Shown: positions 1 to 13,424, counted from the stretch's first letter. The stretch is DNA of 64,000 bases from Eledone cirrhosa (GCA_964016885.1 OZ024751.1:46500001-46564000), one strand, 5' to 3'. Notes: generated from the sequence alone by a model not told the origin. A program made the numbers and translations.

Positions 1-24
1 TGGTTTTCTTTCCAAGAGGGAGTC

Positions 25-320
25 TTGTACTGTCAGTTGCTTAAATCCACAGAACCCAGAATAAGTACCAGCAATATCTGGGGGTTTAACCCTGTGATGG
101 ACTGGTGTTCTGTCCAGGAGGGAGCCATGTTGTACTGTCAGTTGCTTAAAGCCACAGAACCCAGAATAAGTACCAGCAATATCTGGGGGTTTAACCCTGT
201 GATGGACTGGTGTTCTGTCCAGGAGGGAGCCATGTTGTACTGTCAGTTGCTTAAAGCCACAGAACCCAGAATAAGTACCAGCCTGATGGACCTTCCGGCT
301 CAAGACAGACTTTAGACTTT
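25..320 (+). repeat. 105-bp tandem repeat (~2.5 copies), probably derived from a SINE 3' part
   Basis: The unit recurs at 25, 130 and 235. It contains ccctgtgatggactgg...tgtccagg, and a similar tail occurs near 50160-50280. Confidence 0.7.
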
Positions 321-364
321 AGATGTGAGGAGACAGAAGGAGAGATTTAAGAAGGGGGAAATAA

Positions 365-1372
365 ACAGATGTCTGTAGTGTATTGACATGTCTGTAGTGT
401 ATTTTTAGACGTCTGTAGTGTATGAACAGATATCTGTAGTGTATGAACAGATATATGTATTGTATAGACATCTGATTGTACTGTATAAGGCATCTATTTC
501 TACCTGATGTACTGATGTCTGTACTGTATGGACAGATGCTTGTAGTTTATGGACAGATGTCTGTGCTCTATGTACAGATGTCTGTAGTGTATGGACAGGC
601 GTCTCTAGTGTATGGACAGATATCTATATTGCATAGACATCTGTTTGTACTATATAGGCATCTATCTGTACTGTATGGAAAGATATCTGTATTGTATGGA
701 CAGATATCTGTATTGTATGGACATCTATCTGTACTGTATAGACAGATATCTGTATTGTATGGACAGATATCTGTACTGTATGGACAGATATCTGTATTGT
801 ATGGACAGATATCTATACCGTATGTACAGATGTCTGTACTATATGGACATCTATCTGTACTGTATGGACATCTATCTGTACTGTATGGAAAGATATCTGT
901 ATCGTATGGACAGATATCTATACCGTATGTACAGATGTCTGTACTATATGGACAGATATCTGTACTGTATGGACATCTATCTGTACTGTATGGAAAGATA
1001 TCTGTATCGTATGTACAGATGTCTGTACTGTATGGACATCTATCTGTACTGTATAGACAGATATCTGTATTGTATGGACAGATATCTGTACTGTATGAAC
1101 AGACGTCTGTACTGTATAGACAGATGTCTGTACCGTATGTACAGATGTCTGTACTGTATGAACAGACGTCTGTACAGTATGGACATCTATCTGTACTGTA
1201 TAGACAGATGTCTGTACTGTATAGACAGATGTCTGTATTGTATGGACAGAGTCTGTAGTGTATCGACAGATGTCTGTAGTGTATGGACAGATGTCTGTAG
1301 TCTATGGAGAGACGTCTGTAGTATATGAACAGATGTCTGTAGTGTATGGAGGAACGTCTGTACAGTATGGAC
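365..1372. repeat. 21-bp minisatellite (consensus ~ACAGATATCTGTACTGTATGG)
   Basis: About 45 degenerate 21-bp units; they produce the heptad-repeat ORFs in several frames. Confidence 0.92.
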
Positions 1373-2020
1373 ATTGGATGCTAATTGGCAGAATCGGTAG
1401 AGCACCAGATCAAGAACTTTGTGAAATTTGGTTGGTTAACTCTTTTCACACTTTGAATTCAAATTCTATATAAGTTATATAAAATGAGGTCCAAGTGAAA
1501 TCCTGAAGCGTCGAAGTAATCGACTATATCTATGAAGGTTGTGCTCCAGTATGACCAGGACACATATAAAAGAGTAAAACAACACGAGGTGGTATCAGAT
1601 AGTTTCCGGACGAGGCCTAATGGGTTTCATATTTATTATTTATGTCCAGATAAACGTAAGACATGCCTGAGTGATTAAGAAGATCGCATCGCAATCAGTC
1701 CTGCCTTCGATCTTATTGTGTGCCATCTTCGGCAAATGTCTTTATTATAGCCTCGGGTTCATCTAAGCTTTGCCTGTGAAATTGTGTAGACAGAAACTGT
1801 ATGGAAGCCTCCTCGGATCGGATTGATTGTACATGTAATTCAAAGGTTTAGCCTTATCACACACTGTGCCGTGTTGATTCGGCTTGCGAATTAGGTTAAG
1901 AGTACACGTGTCGGTGTAATACTCAACCACTTACAAGGTAATTCATCAATCCTCATTGTTGAAATGACCGGAGGATCAACCCTCACCCGCACAAATACTA
2001 TTCGATTAGTTTGAGGATAA

Positions 2021-2112
<92 letters not shown>

Positions 2113-2597
2113 TTAGGTAATTCCGGAGGAAAAGCAAAGGAAAAAAGAGTGCTCTATGTATAGAACAGAGCTATTTAATTAGAAAGTGAACATTTCTTAT
2201 TTTTTTCCATAACATCACTGTATAATAATATTGTCTGAGATCCTGAAACCTTTGGTAATGGAGTAGTTATATTTTGTCTTGTTCACTTTCTAATTATATA
2301 CAATAAATGTAATTAATTTTTCGAATATTAATAATAACATTCGATTCGTTTGCAATTATGCAAACAAGCCTCAATTTTATAGCCATGTCTGTAGAATGAA
2401 CCCTTCATTCTTGCTCTTGTGTTGGCATGTGAACACAAGAGTAAGAATGAAGGGTTCATTCTACTGACATGGCTATAAAATTGAGGCTTGTTTGCATAAT
2501 TGCAAACGAATCGAATGTTATTATTAATATTCGAAAAACTCAGATTACATTTATTGTATTCAGCCATGTAGAGCGAAAATTTCCTTTTTTTTATAAT

Positions 2598-2629
<32 letters not shown>

Positions 2630-2683
2630 ATAGCAATAAATGGAATATATAACTCTATAGCATCATTATTTATAGTGTTATAT

Positions 2684-4233
2684 CGAGGCGATCGGCACTG
2701 CACTAAGAGAATACGAAGCGGTGACAGGAGCAATGATCAACCAGGAAAAGTCAGTGGGCCTGCAGCTCGGCACCTGGAGAGGCAGGTCCATGTCGTCCAA
2801 CAGCGTCGTCGGACGCTGGACGGACGGACCGGTTAAATTGCTAGGGGTCTGGTTCGGTCCGGACCTCCAGACGGACAAAAACTGGGACGAGGTGACGAGC
2901 AGGGTGGCTTCTCTCACCCAGAAATGGGCGGAGAGGAAGCTATCCCTGAAAGGTCGAGCGGAGGTGGCTAACGCGTACATCGCGTCTGTCATCTGCTACC
3001 GCCTGACCGTCGTACCTTGTCCTAAGCCTCGCCTGACTGCGCTGGAGCGTTTGCTCTTTCGCTTTTTGTGGAAGGGACGCGCTCCGATGGTCAGGCGGTC
3101 CATCTGCTGTCAACACCCGCTACGTGGAGGGCTGGGAATGCCGTGGCTGATGATGCGCAGACACGCGCTCAGGCTACGACATCTCCACCTCTTCCTCGAC
3201 GGTGATCAGGTGTGGTCGCCGTTTGCTAGACACGTATTTCCCCAGCTCGTTTCCTTGACGGAGCTGCAGTCCTGGGTCAAGCGAAGACCGAGAGGGAGCG
3301 CCTGGAGACTGGAATGTCTTCAGGCGCTCACAGCCCTCGACCAATCGGTGGAAACTCCACCTCGGCGTTCTATAGAGGATTAGTGGAGGGGAAGAGCGAC
3401 GACGTACTTGGGGAAACTCTAGGCGTCGACGAAAATCAACTAGCCAATCTCTTCGGAAGAACTTTCGGGCCGGGACCTATGGACAACTTCCATAAATCTC
3501 TGGCCTGGCAGTGCTACCGAGGAGCCTTGCCAGTTCGGGATAAACTCTACAGGCATGGAGGTGCCGTTAGCCGGGCATGTCCGAGGTGTGCGCAGGGCGA
3601 CGAAACCGTCCTGCACGCACTCGTCCAATGTCCGAGAATTGCTGACTTGTGGGTTTATGTCGAACACCTGCTGTCGCGTGTAGGACGGATCAGGCTATCA
3701 TCTGAGTCCATCGTGAGGATTGCCCCGCCCTCTTACTTTAGCCGGGAAGGGCAGGCAGTTTTTATCTGTCTGGTGGCCATGGCGAAAGAGATAGTATGGT
3801 GGACACGTTTGAAAGGGCTGAAGACGAGCACTTACCTCTTCGGTGATGCCCTGATTGACTTTTTCAAATTTCATTTGAAAAGGAAAATCAGAGTAGAGAG
3901 GGAAGTGCTCTCTTCCCAGTATTTTGTTGAAAGATGGGTGAGAGAAGCAAGAATGGCCCGAGTGAATGGGCCTACTCTGAGTACGTATCTGTAAATTAAA
4001 GGTGGAAAACTGGGAGAGGGCACTTGCCTTGGTGGTCAGGGTCACTGTGGCCTTTTACTGGGCTTTCTCCACAAATGTCCCTCCGAAGTCTCCCCCCTAT
4101 TGGGGAATTTTTCATTGTTATTTTTTTGTTACATCCTCTGTTTTTGTTTTTACACGCAGAAATGCCCATTTGTACCGTCCTGTATTGTCCTTAATGTCTA
4201 CTTTATGTAAACCCTTGTGGTTAATAAAGAAAA
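2684..4233 (+). mobile_element. 5'-truncated L1/Tx1-clade LINE (end of RT, zf-RVT CCHC domain, 3'UTR)
   Basis: ORFs 2721-3383 and 3314-3994 are one frameshifted ORF2 (VKLLGVWF, LSLKGRA, GGLGMP, CPRC..ETVLHALVQC). AATAAA precedes the end. A 20-bp TSD cattatttatagtgttatat lies at 2664-2683 and 4234-4253. Confidence 0.92.
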
Positions 4234-4293
4234 CATTATTTATAGTGTTATATATTCCGTTTATTACTATTATTATTATTATTATTATTATTA

Positions 4294-4598
4294 TTCCTTG
4301 AATCTCAGTCATTGATGTTGGTTAACTGGAAAGTCCGTTGGATTGAATATCAAGCCACTACCTGCAGCCTCAGATATTCAGGACGTATCGGAGGGTTCTT
4401 GCTGTTCCAAGCAAGCATGCCTTTTGAAGCGTTCCAAAAAGCGTGAAGGGGCCGATTTTCTTTAACCATCCCTGGAAACCTTTGGAGATAGTCCCCAGTG
4501 CGCCTATGACAATCGGGATCACTTTGACTTCATGGCAGTTCCAAATCCTTTTCACCTCCCACTTTAGGTCCTGGTATCGGTTAATTTTCTCCCTCTCC
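4294..4598 (-). mobile_element. 3' fragment of an R4/Dong-like RLE non-LTR retrotransposon
   Basis: EKINRYQDLKWEVKRIW...VIPIVIGALG...LQKACLLGTARTLR is the typical R4/Dong C-terminus; flanked on both sides by (TTA)n. Confidence 0.85.
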
Positions 4599-4656
<58 letters not shown>

Positions 4657-4758
4657 CATAATACTCCAGATAAATTTAACTGTCGAGTGCTTCGTATCTG
4701 TTATGAACATAACACTGTTGATTACTTGATTACATATCAACAAAGTCTCTAACTTATT

Positions 4759-4805
<47 letters not shown>

Positions 4806-4904
4806 TGTGTGTGTGTATATATATATATGTATTTAATTAGAAAGTAAACAACACAAAATATAACTACTCCATTACCAAAAGTTTCTGGTTCCTAGACAAT
4901 AATA

Positions 4905-5062
4905 ATTGTTTCTAATTTTGGCACAAGGCCAGCAATCACCCAGTACATTACTGGTACTTTATTTTATCGACCCCGTAAGGATGAAAGGCAAAGTTAACCT
5001 CGGCGGGATTTGAACTCAGACCGTAAAGAGACGTAACTCTATGCTGGAAAGCATGGCGTCCG
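4905..5062 (-). mobile_element. tRNA-derived SINE family 1 (representative copy; others near 7146-7436, 10425-10603, 18642-19001, 22561-22741, 38307-38527, 39442-39627, 47484-47756, 51888-52224, 55305-55690)
   Basis: About 190-bp dispersed repeat with A-box-like tggcagtatcgg, B-box gagttcaaatcc and central gcctttcatccttacggggtcgataaaataaagtaccag. Confidence 0.85.
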
Positions 5063-5106
5063 AATAATAATATACGTCTGGATCGGTCGTCAGACAGAGA
5101 TGTTAA

Positions 5107-5139
<33 letters not shown>

Positions 5140-5479
5140 CTCTCTCTCTATATATATATATATAGAGAGAGGGGGAGACATCATATAGAGGTATATCTCA
5201 TACCCCCACGAGGTATTTAAACGATATAAATACAAGACAAATACAAGATTTATTTAAGGACAACATTTTTACTTACATTTTAATAATATTTCTCTTCTTT
5301 TCTTGTTTTACGGTCGATGTTGTTGTCTTGTTAAGGAGCTCCCTATTCTCTCTCTTAGCGTGTTTCTTCTCCCGGAGCGTAACATTAACTGTTCAGTGTT
5401 GAAGTAAGAGAAACTGATAGATTATGGCATGGCTGGCTGGTGATGTGTGTGTTACGAATATTTGTGTGTGAGTGTGTGA

Positions 5480-5574
<95 letters not shown>

Positions 5575-5713
5575 AGTGTGTGTGTGTATGTGTGTATGTG
5601 TGTGTGTGTGTGTGTGTGTGGAATGCTATCGATGGGTGACATACAGAGTGGTGGCGATGGTGAGCAATGAAGGGAAAATGAAGAGGAGAAAGTAAGGAAA
5701 GAAGAAAGGTGGG

Positions 5714-5749
<36 letters not shown>

Positions 5750-5835
5750 TACATATATATATATATATACATACATATATATATACATATATATATATAA
5801 ATATGTGTATATATATATATATATATGTGTGTGTG

Positions 5836-5907
<72 letters not shown>

Positions 5908-6187
5908 GAGAGAGAAAGAGAGAGGGAGGAAGATAGATAGATAGATAGAGAGGTTGGAATGTAAAGTTTTAGTGTGATGGTGTCAGAGTTGTTAGCAGTC
6001 AAATTCCCTCCAATCACACCCGAGCGTCTCTGCTATAATCTAGTTTTAGATATACACAGAGACTGGAGAGTCACGGCTGAAATAATTTAGGAAATGAGTT
6101 TGTTTAATCATGGCTGACCTAGGGCTAAACAACAACAACAACAGCGACACATTATTACATCACATCCTTCTCACACTGGTACATAAT

Positions 6188-6250
<63 letters not shown>

Positions 6251-6372
6251 GAGAGAGGGGGCGTGAGAGGGATAGAGGGAGAATGAAATGGAGAGAGAGC
6301 AAGAGAGGGAGAGGAAGGAGGAGTGAGGTAGAGAGAGAGATGGAGAGAGAGAGGGAGTGAGAGGGAGTGAGA

Positions 6373-6404
<32 letters not shown>

Positions 6405-6564
6405 AGTGAAAGGGAGAGAGAGAAAGGGAAACTATACATACTAAGACACACACACACGCACACGCACACGCACACACGCTACAACAGCAACAACAACAAC
6501 AACAAATGGCCAATCAACAGTTGCATCTGTCTCATTTGCTGCAATCATTTTAATAATGTTGTCC

Positions 6565-6995
6565 TCCACCACCAATACCACCACTACCACCACCACCACC
6601 ACCACCACGACCAATACCACCACTACCACCACCACCACCACCACCACCAATACCACCACTACCACCACCAATACCACCACCACCAATACCACCACCACCA
6701 ATACCACCACTGCCACCACCAATACCACCACTACCACCACCACCACCACCACCAATACCACCACCACCACCAATACCACCACCACCACCACCAATACCAC
6801 CACTACCACCACCAATACCACCACTACCACCACCACCACCACCACCACCAATATCACCACTACCACCACCACCACCACCACCACCACCACCACCACCACC
6901 AATATCACCACCACCACCACCACCTCCAACAATACCACCACTACCACCACCACCAATACCACCACCACCACCACCACCACCACCACACTACCACT
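6565..6995. repeat. (ACC)n/(AAT) trinucleotide array
   Basis: Direct reading. Confidence 0.9.
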
Positions 6996-7794
6996 TCCTC
7001 CGTCCCCTCCTTTCACAAACCTATCATTTGAAATATTTTCATTACTCCTTTCCTCTGCACATTTATCTCTTCTCTTCCCCGCAACCCTTTCTCTCTTGTT
7101 ATATCTATATCTATATTTCTCTCTCACTCTATCACACTCTGTCTTGGATTGGCAGTCTTGGCAGAGGGTCGACGCCATGTTTTGACGCATAGAGTTAAGG
7201 CCCTTGCCATTCTGAGTTCAAATCCCGCCGAGGTTAACTTTGCCTTTCATCCTTACGGAGTCGATAAAATAAAGTACCAGTAATACACTGGATAATTGCT
7301 GGCCTTGTGCCTAACGTAGAAACAATTATTTCTGTTTACCCGCCGAGGTTCACTTTGCCTTTCAGCCTCGATAAAATAAGGTACCAGTAATGTACTGGGT
7401 AATTGCTGGCCTTGTGCCAAAAGTAGAAACAATTATTTTTGTTTACCTTTTACATATATATATATATATATATATACGGCTTGAGGTCTGCCGTCGGGGT
7501 CTTGAACATTTTCCTATCATCCACTCTACTACCCTAAGTATTGAGTACTCTGGTGCGTTATGGTCCACCTGGTACCTTGCCACACTTCGTTCCTTCCCTC
7601 CGTCTTCCGTTTTCCCAATAACTTACCCATGGGCGGTAGATATCTTGTCTTTAAAGCGTAGAAATATCCGAGAGCCCCAATAGACAACTGATGAGGACCC
7701 CCGCCCCCCGTTCTTGCTTTCTTCGTATTACCACTGCATTTTAAGTTACCTTAAATAGCAACTACACAGCCATTTCTATTCTCCACCCCCACCC

Positions 7795-7866
<72 letters not shown>

Positions 7867-7995
7867 CAAAAGTTCTATTTAAAATTGTTGGGATACAACA
7901 AGTAAATATTTTATAACTGATATAAAGCACTCGACAAGTTTTTGGAGTAGATATACGATATTAATAAATGGAAGCTATATTTATAAAACCATATT

Positions 7996-8060
7996 TATTT
8001 CATTATACATATTTCAGGGATACCAAATTAAAATATGGTATGCCTTCATCAGACAAAATA
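7996..8060 (-). ncRNA. Type I hammerhead, abundant family (also ~11058-11123 +, 14790-14854 +, 17400-17464 -, 17863-17927 +, 27619-27683 -, 27800-27864 +, 36795-36860 +, 57702-57765 +, 59682-59745 +)
   Basis: tattttgt-CTGANGA-aggcatacc...ggtatccct-GAAA-tatgta-TA-atgaaata; N7 varies (T, C, G, A) among copies. Confidence 0.75.
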
Positions 8061-8129
8061 CAATATATAAACAGTTTTATAAATAATTTTGACGTACCCT
8101 ATTAAATGCAACCATTATTTATTAATATC

Positions 8130-8223
<94 letters not shown>

Positions 8224-8228
<5 letters not shown>

Positions 8229-9819
8229 AGACGTAAAATAAGAAAATTATAAAATTAACTTACTTACTAAAATATCACTTCCAACTAATTAGTTTCTGGA
8301 ATGGAATAAATATATTTTCCGAAGAATATATAGAAAAGCATTCCGTCGTCAGGAAAGTCTATTTTCGTCAGGAAAGTCTTTTTGAATTTGCCACAGACGT
8401 AGAGGCAGTGATTTTCTCAATGGCTAGGAATTCAGTCCACGCTTCGCTATTTCCCCTCCACTGAATTATTTTTTTAATAAGTTTCCAGAGTCCTCGCTAT
8501 GCCTGGAAACTTACACGAAAATAGACTTTCCTGACGACGGAATGCTTTTTTATATATTCTTCGGAAAATATATTTACTCCATTCCAGAAACTAATTAGTT
8601 GGAAGTGATATTTTAGTAAGTAAGTTAATTTTATAATTTTCTTATTTTACGTCTCTTATATTATTGTTCTGCAACCCCATGCATTGAACCACAATGTTAT
8701 TAAGACAAAACCTATATATTTGCTAGCATTGATATACATCTGTATGTATATAAATGTTACTAGATATACATTCTTTATAATTATCTCCAAATCATTTGTC
8801 GAGAAATATTGGCCATGACTGCTGCTATGGTAGTAGGCAGGCCGCTGTCTTATTAACAACTCGCTTTCCACTGATTGACCTCGATGTCACGTGATTGATT
8901 CTTTTTGAATTTGCCACAGACGTAGAGGCAGTGATTTTCTCAATGGCTAGGAATTCAGTCCACGCTTCGCTATTTCCTCTCCACTGAATTATTTTTTAAA
9001 TAAGTTTCCAGAGTCCTCGCTATGCCTGGAAACTTACACGAAAATAGACTTTCCTGACGACGGAATGATTTTCCATGTGTTTCTTCGGAAAATATATTTA
9101 CTTCATTCCAGAAACTAATTAGTTGGAAGTGATATTTTAGTAAGTAAGTTAATTTTATAATTTTCTTATTTTACGTCTCTTATATTATTGTTCTGCAACC
9201 CCATGCATTGAACCACAATGTTATTAAGACAAAACCTATATATTTGCTAGCATTGATATGCATCTGTATGTATATAAATGTTACTAGATATAAATTCTTT
9301 ATAATTATCTCCAAATCATTTGTCGAGCAATATTGGCCATGACTGCTGCTATGGTAGTAGGCAGGCCGCTGTCTTATTAACAACTCGCTTTCCACTGATT
9401 GACCTCGATGTCACGTGATTGATTCTTTTTGAATTTGCCACAGACGTAGAGGCAGTGATTTTCTCAATGGCTAGGAATTCAGTCCACGCTTCGCTATTTC
9501 CTCTCCACTGAATTATTTTTTAAATAAGTTTCCAGAGTCCTCGCTATGCCTGGAAACTTACACGAAAATAGACTTTCCTGACGACGGAATGCTTTTTTAT
9601 ATATTCTTCGGAAAATATATTTACTCCATTCCAGAAACTAATTAGTTGGAAGTGATATTTTAGTAAGTAAGTTAATTTTATAATTTTCTTATTTTACGTC
9701 TCTTATATTATTGTTCTGCAGCCCCATGCATTGAACCACAATGTTATTAAGACAAAACCTATATATTTGCTAGCATTGATATGCATCTGTATGTATATAA
9801 ATGTTACTAGATATAAATT

Positions 9820-9824
<5 letters not shown>
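8224..9824 (+). mobile_element. Non-coding 523/524-bp tandem array (~2.8 units) with one hammerhead per unit and a 5' inverted partial copy; retrozyme-/Penelope pLTR-like
   Basis: Units start at 8378, 8901 and 9425; 8224-8365 is the reverse complement of ~8515-8658; flanked by (TA)n. Confidence 0.85.
8525..8606 (+). ncRNA. Type I hammerhead ribozyme (repeated at 9048-9130 +, 9572-9653 +, 8277-8358 -)
   Basis: actttc-CTGACGA-cGGAATG...CATTCCa-GAAA-ctaattag-TT-ggaagt; stem I 6 bp, palindromic stem III ACTAATTAGT, GUU site. Confidence 0.8.
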
Positions 9825-9859
<35 letters not shown>

Positions 9860-10046
9860 AATGGCTTCTACAGGACTAGAAGTGTTTTATTCGGAGGAAA
9901 TCACCAGGAAAGCCATGTACTTTACTTACTGTGGTTACCCCCGATTGAACCCGGGATAAACTTATATATATATATGCATAACTTCAGCCGGATGGCTGGA
10001 ACCGGTAAAAGAATAAAAGAATAATATATATATATGTAATATATAT

Positions 10047-10262
10047 GAAGGCGTGTGGCTGAATGGTTAGAGAATTGGATTCGTAATCGTGAAGTTGTGA
10101 GTTCGATTCCTGGACCAGGCGATGCGTTATGTCCTTGAGCAACACACTTTATTTCACGTTGCTCCTTCTACCTGGAGTTGCGACCGATAGATAGTATTAG
10201 CAATTGGAAAGACCAACGGAAACATTGTTTCCTCGGTCCGATTTGACGAAAGTCGATCGCCT
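10047..10262 (+). mobile_element. tRNA-derived SINE family 2 with CORE-like centre (others 18052-18250 +, 44440-44655 -, 50968-51182 -)
   Basis: A box gtggctgaatggtt, B box gttcgattcc, then gtccttgagcaa(g)acactt; four similar dispersed copies. Confidence 0.82.
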
Positions 10263-10766
10263 AGATATATATAAATACATAATCGGAGAAAGCTAAAAGC
10301 GATACTCCGGCCAAATTCCAACTCACTCAACAAACATTAGGAAATACTTGAGTATATTCCCAATTAAACGTTTGGAGTGCTAACTATATTGTATTGTGCG
10401 GATAATTGGCTGTATTATTTCATATGGCAGTATCGGTAGAGGGTCGGACGCCATGCTTTGCAGCACAGTTACGTCCCTTTACGGACTGAGTTCAAATCCC
10501 GCCGAGGTTAATTTTGCCTTTCATCCTTACGAGGTCGATAAAATAAAGTACCAGTAATACACTGGAATAATTGCTGGCCTTTTGCCAAAAGTAGAAACAA
10601 TTATTTCATATGAGATATATCAAATATATATATATATATATGCGGGTTCAATCGGGGGTACCACAGTTAGTAAGGTACTCAATACATTAGAAGAGTGTAA
10701 ACATCAAGGTTAATATAGAAATGGCTTCTACAGGAAGAAATCATCAGGAACAACGCACACACACAT

Positions 10767-10843
<77 letters not shown>

Positions 10844-10945
10844 CATAAATATATGTATATATATATATATACCCCACTCTCAAGAGCGTGAAACTAATAA
10901 ACCTTTGTTCGTACTGCCTCTCTGTTTTGTTCCCGTTCAATTTTT

Positions 10946-10986
<41 letters not shown>

Positions 10987-11189
10987 CCAGCCTCCTACCT
11001 TAATGGTCGCTATATTTATGGTACGTCAAAATTATTTATAAAACTGGTTATATATTGTATTTTATCTGACGAAGGCATGCCATATTTTTAATATGGTATC
11101 CCTGAAATATGTATAATGAAATAAATATGGTTTTATAAATATAGTTTCCATTTGTTTAATATCGTATATATATATAAGAGAGAGAGAGA

Positions 11190-11284
<95 letters not shown>

Positions 11285-11285
<1 letters not shown>

Positions 11286-12035
11286 TGCGGATACTATTGC
11301 ATCCAAATTCAGAGAACTTTCTGAGCAACCTGAGGACATTGAAATGGAGTAAAGACTGTTCCACTTGGCAGTTTCTGTAGCTGTTAAATGCTGCGGGCGC
11401 GAAAGCGGCTGATGTTGAGCCGGGTGGCAGAAGGACCCCTTGGTTTAAGCAAGAGGTCAAAGATGCCATATCAGCAAATAAAGTATTCTGGCAGACTATT
11501 TGCTGACTTCGAATACGAAGTCTTTCCTCCACGCCTGCTATTATGAACGCGTCTGGTGTTTTCTTCTATTCAGAGAGGTACACTATTGAGAGGTGGAGAG
11601 AATACTATGCTGATCTCCTAAACTCGGTCTCAACAGACATCTACTGATCTACAGCATCTACAAGAGGTTCATCAGTGAGCGATGACTAATCCTCTCGGAA
11701 GCTGGGGCCACAAGAACAATTATTGGATCGTCAAGTATGAAATTTGTAGAAATTTCTAGAAAAAAAAACAAACAAATTTTTACAAATTTCATACTTGACG
11801 ACGCAATTAGCTTAAATGTGGCAAGGTCGTTGGGGAGGATGAAATTCAGTCAGAGAGATTAAAAGAGAGAGGCTGACTCGTATGTGCCGGATGGCCAGGA
11901 TCTCTGGAAAGGCACCTAAGGAATGGCAATCGGGAGTGATAATTCCAATTTTCAAAAAGAGAGACAAAAGAAATTGCTCCAATTATAGAAGGATCTCCTT
12001 GTTAAGCTCCTCCTCCCTCCCCGGTAAAGCCTAAT
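11285..12035 (+). mobile_element. Degenerate RTE-clade LINE fragment (region leading into RT)
   Basis: Interrupted frames read ERWREYYADLLN, GEDEI and KEWQSGVIIPIFKKRDKRNCSNYRRISLLS; interrupted by a short inverted repeat at ~11722-11807. Confidence 0.8.
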
Positions 12036-12227
12036 TGCCGGGCAAATATATATTTATTTCTATTCAATTAATTATTGTAATGTTTCATATATACGTATAT
12101 ATGTATGTATGTATATATATATATATATATACATATATATATGATTGTATATATATATATAATGTATATATATGTATGTATATATATATATATATATAAA
12201 AAAAAAAAAAAAAATATATATATATAT

Positions 12228-12979
12228 GAAAGACGTAAAATAAGAGAATTATGAAAATTGACTTACTTATTAAAATTTCACTCCAACTAATTAGTTTCTG
12301 TAAGGGAATAAATATGGTTACGTAACGTAATCATAGAGAAACCTTACGTCATCAGGGACTCTATTCTCAGCTAAGTTCCTAGGCAATGCGTGGCCACAAG
12401 GAACTCATATAAAAATAATTCAATGGATGGAAAAAAGCGAGCGGGGACTAAATTCCAGGACATTGAAAAAATTCACTGCCTACTTGGTCAGTGGCAAATT
12501 CGAAAGAATCAATCACGTGACACTGAGGTTAATCAGTGAGGAGTGGGATGTTATTAAGACAGGGGCCTGACCACTACCATGAACCATAGTAGTAATTTCG
12601 GCAAATTTTTACTCAACAAATAATTTGGAGATAATTATAAAGAATTAGTATATCTACCAACATATGTATACAGATGCATACCTATGCTAGCAAATATATA
12701 GGTTTAGTCTTAGTAACTTTGTAGTTCAATGCAAGGGGATGCAAAACAATTATATGAAAGACGTAAAATAAGAGAATTATGAAAATTGACTTACTTACTA
12801 AAATTTTACTCCAACTAATTAGTTTCTGTAAGGGAATAAATATGGTTACGTAACGTAATCATAGAGAAATCTTACGTCATCAGGGAGTCTATTCTTAGCT
12901 AAGTTCCTAGGCAATGCAACCTATATATTTGCTAGCATAGGTATGCATCTGTATACATATGTTGGTAGATATACTAATT

Positions 12980-12985
<6 letters not shown>
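12228..12985 (-). mobile_element. Diverged sister of the 524-bp array: 528-bp unit (~1.3 copies) plus inverted fragment
   Basis: Repeat starts at 12228 and 12756, alignable to 8378-8900 in reverse orientation; 12919-12985 is an inverted copy of ~12636-12703. Confidence 0.82.
12808..12888 (-). ncRNA. Type I hammerhead ribozyme (second copy 12280-12360)
   Basis: actcc-CTGATGA-cGTAAG...CTTACa-GAAA-ctaattag-TT-ggagt on the minus strand. Confidence 0.8.
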
Positions 12986-13070
<85 letters not shown>

Positions 13071-13139
13071 CATATATATATATACATACCTACATATATA
13101 TATGTATATATACATATATATATATATGTATGTATGTAT

Positions 13140-13192
<53 letters not shown>

Positions 13193-13424
13193 AAGAAAAA
13201 AAGATGAAATCGAAAATGCAACTGGAGTCTTATTTAAAAATATATATATATATTTATTTGGTTCCTTTACCGGTTTCGCAGTTCTTCTGCTTTTCAAAAG
13301 TAGAGTTGAGATGGAGGGTCTGTGGTTTTTCTACAAATTTCAAATCCTCTCGCTGTTTCGAAAATATTCTTACTTGATATATATATACATATATGCATAT
13401 AGATGTACACATATACATATACAC

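Noticed and set aside
476-1374. Overlapping 238-268 aa ORFs with heptad repeats
   Set aside because: Translations of a 21-bp minisatellite that is open in several frames on both strands
8656-9395. Duplicated 71-aa ORFs
   Set aside because: Non-ATG start, antisense to the ribozyme strand, repeated only because of the tandem unit; no recognisable domain
10047-10120. tRNA gene
   Set aside because: A and B boxes are present but continue into a shared SINE body; no complete cloverleaf
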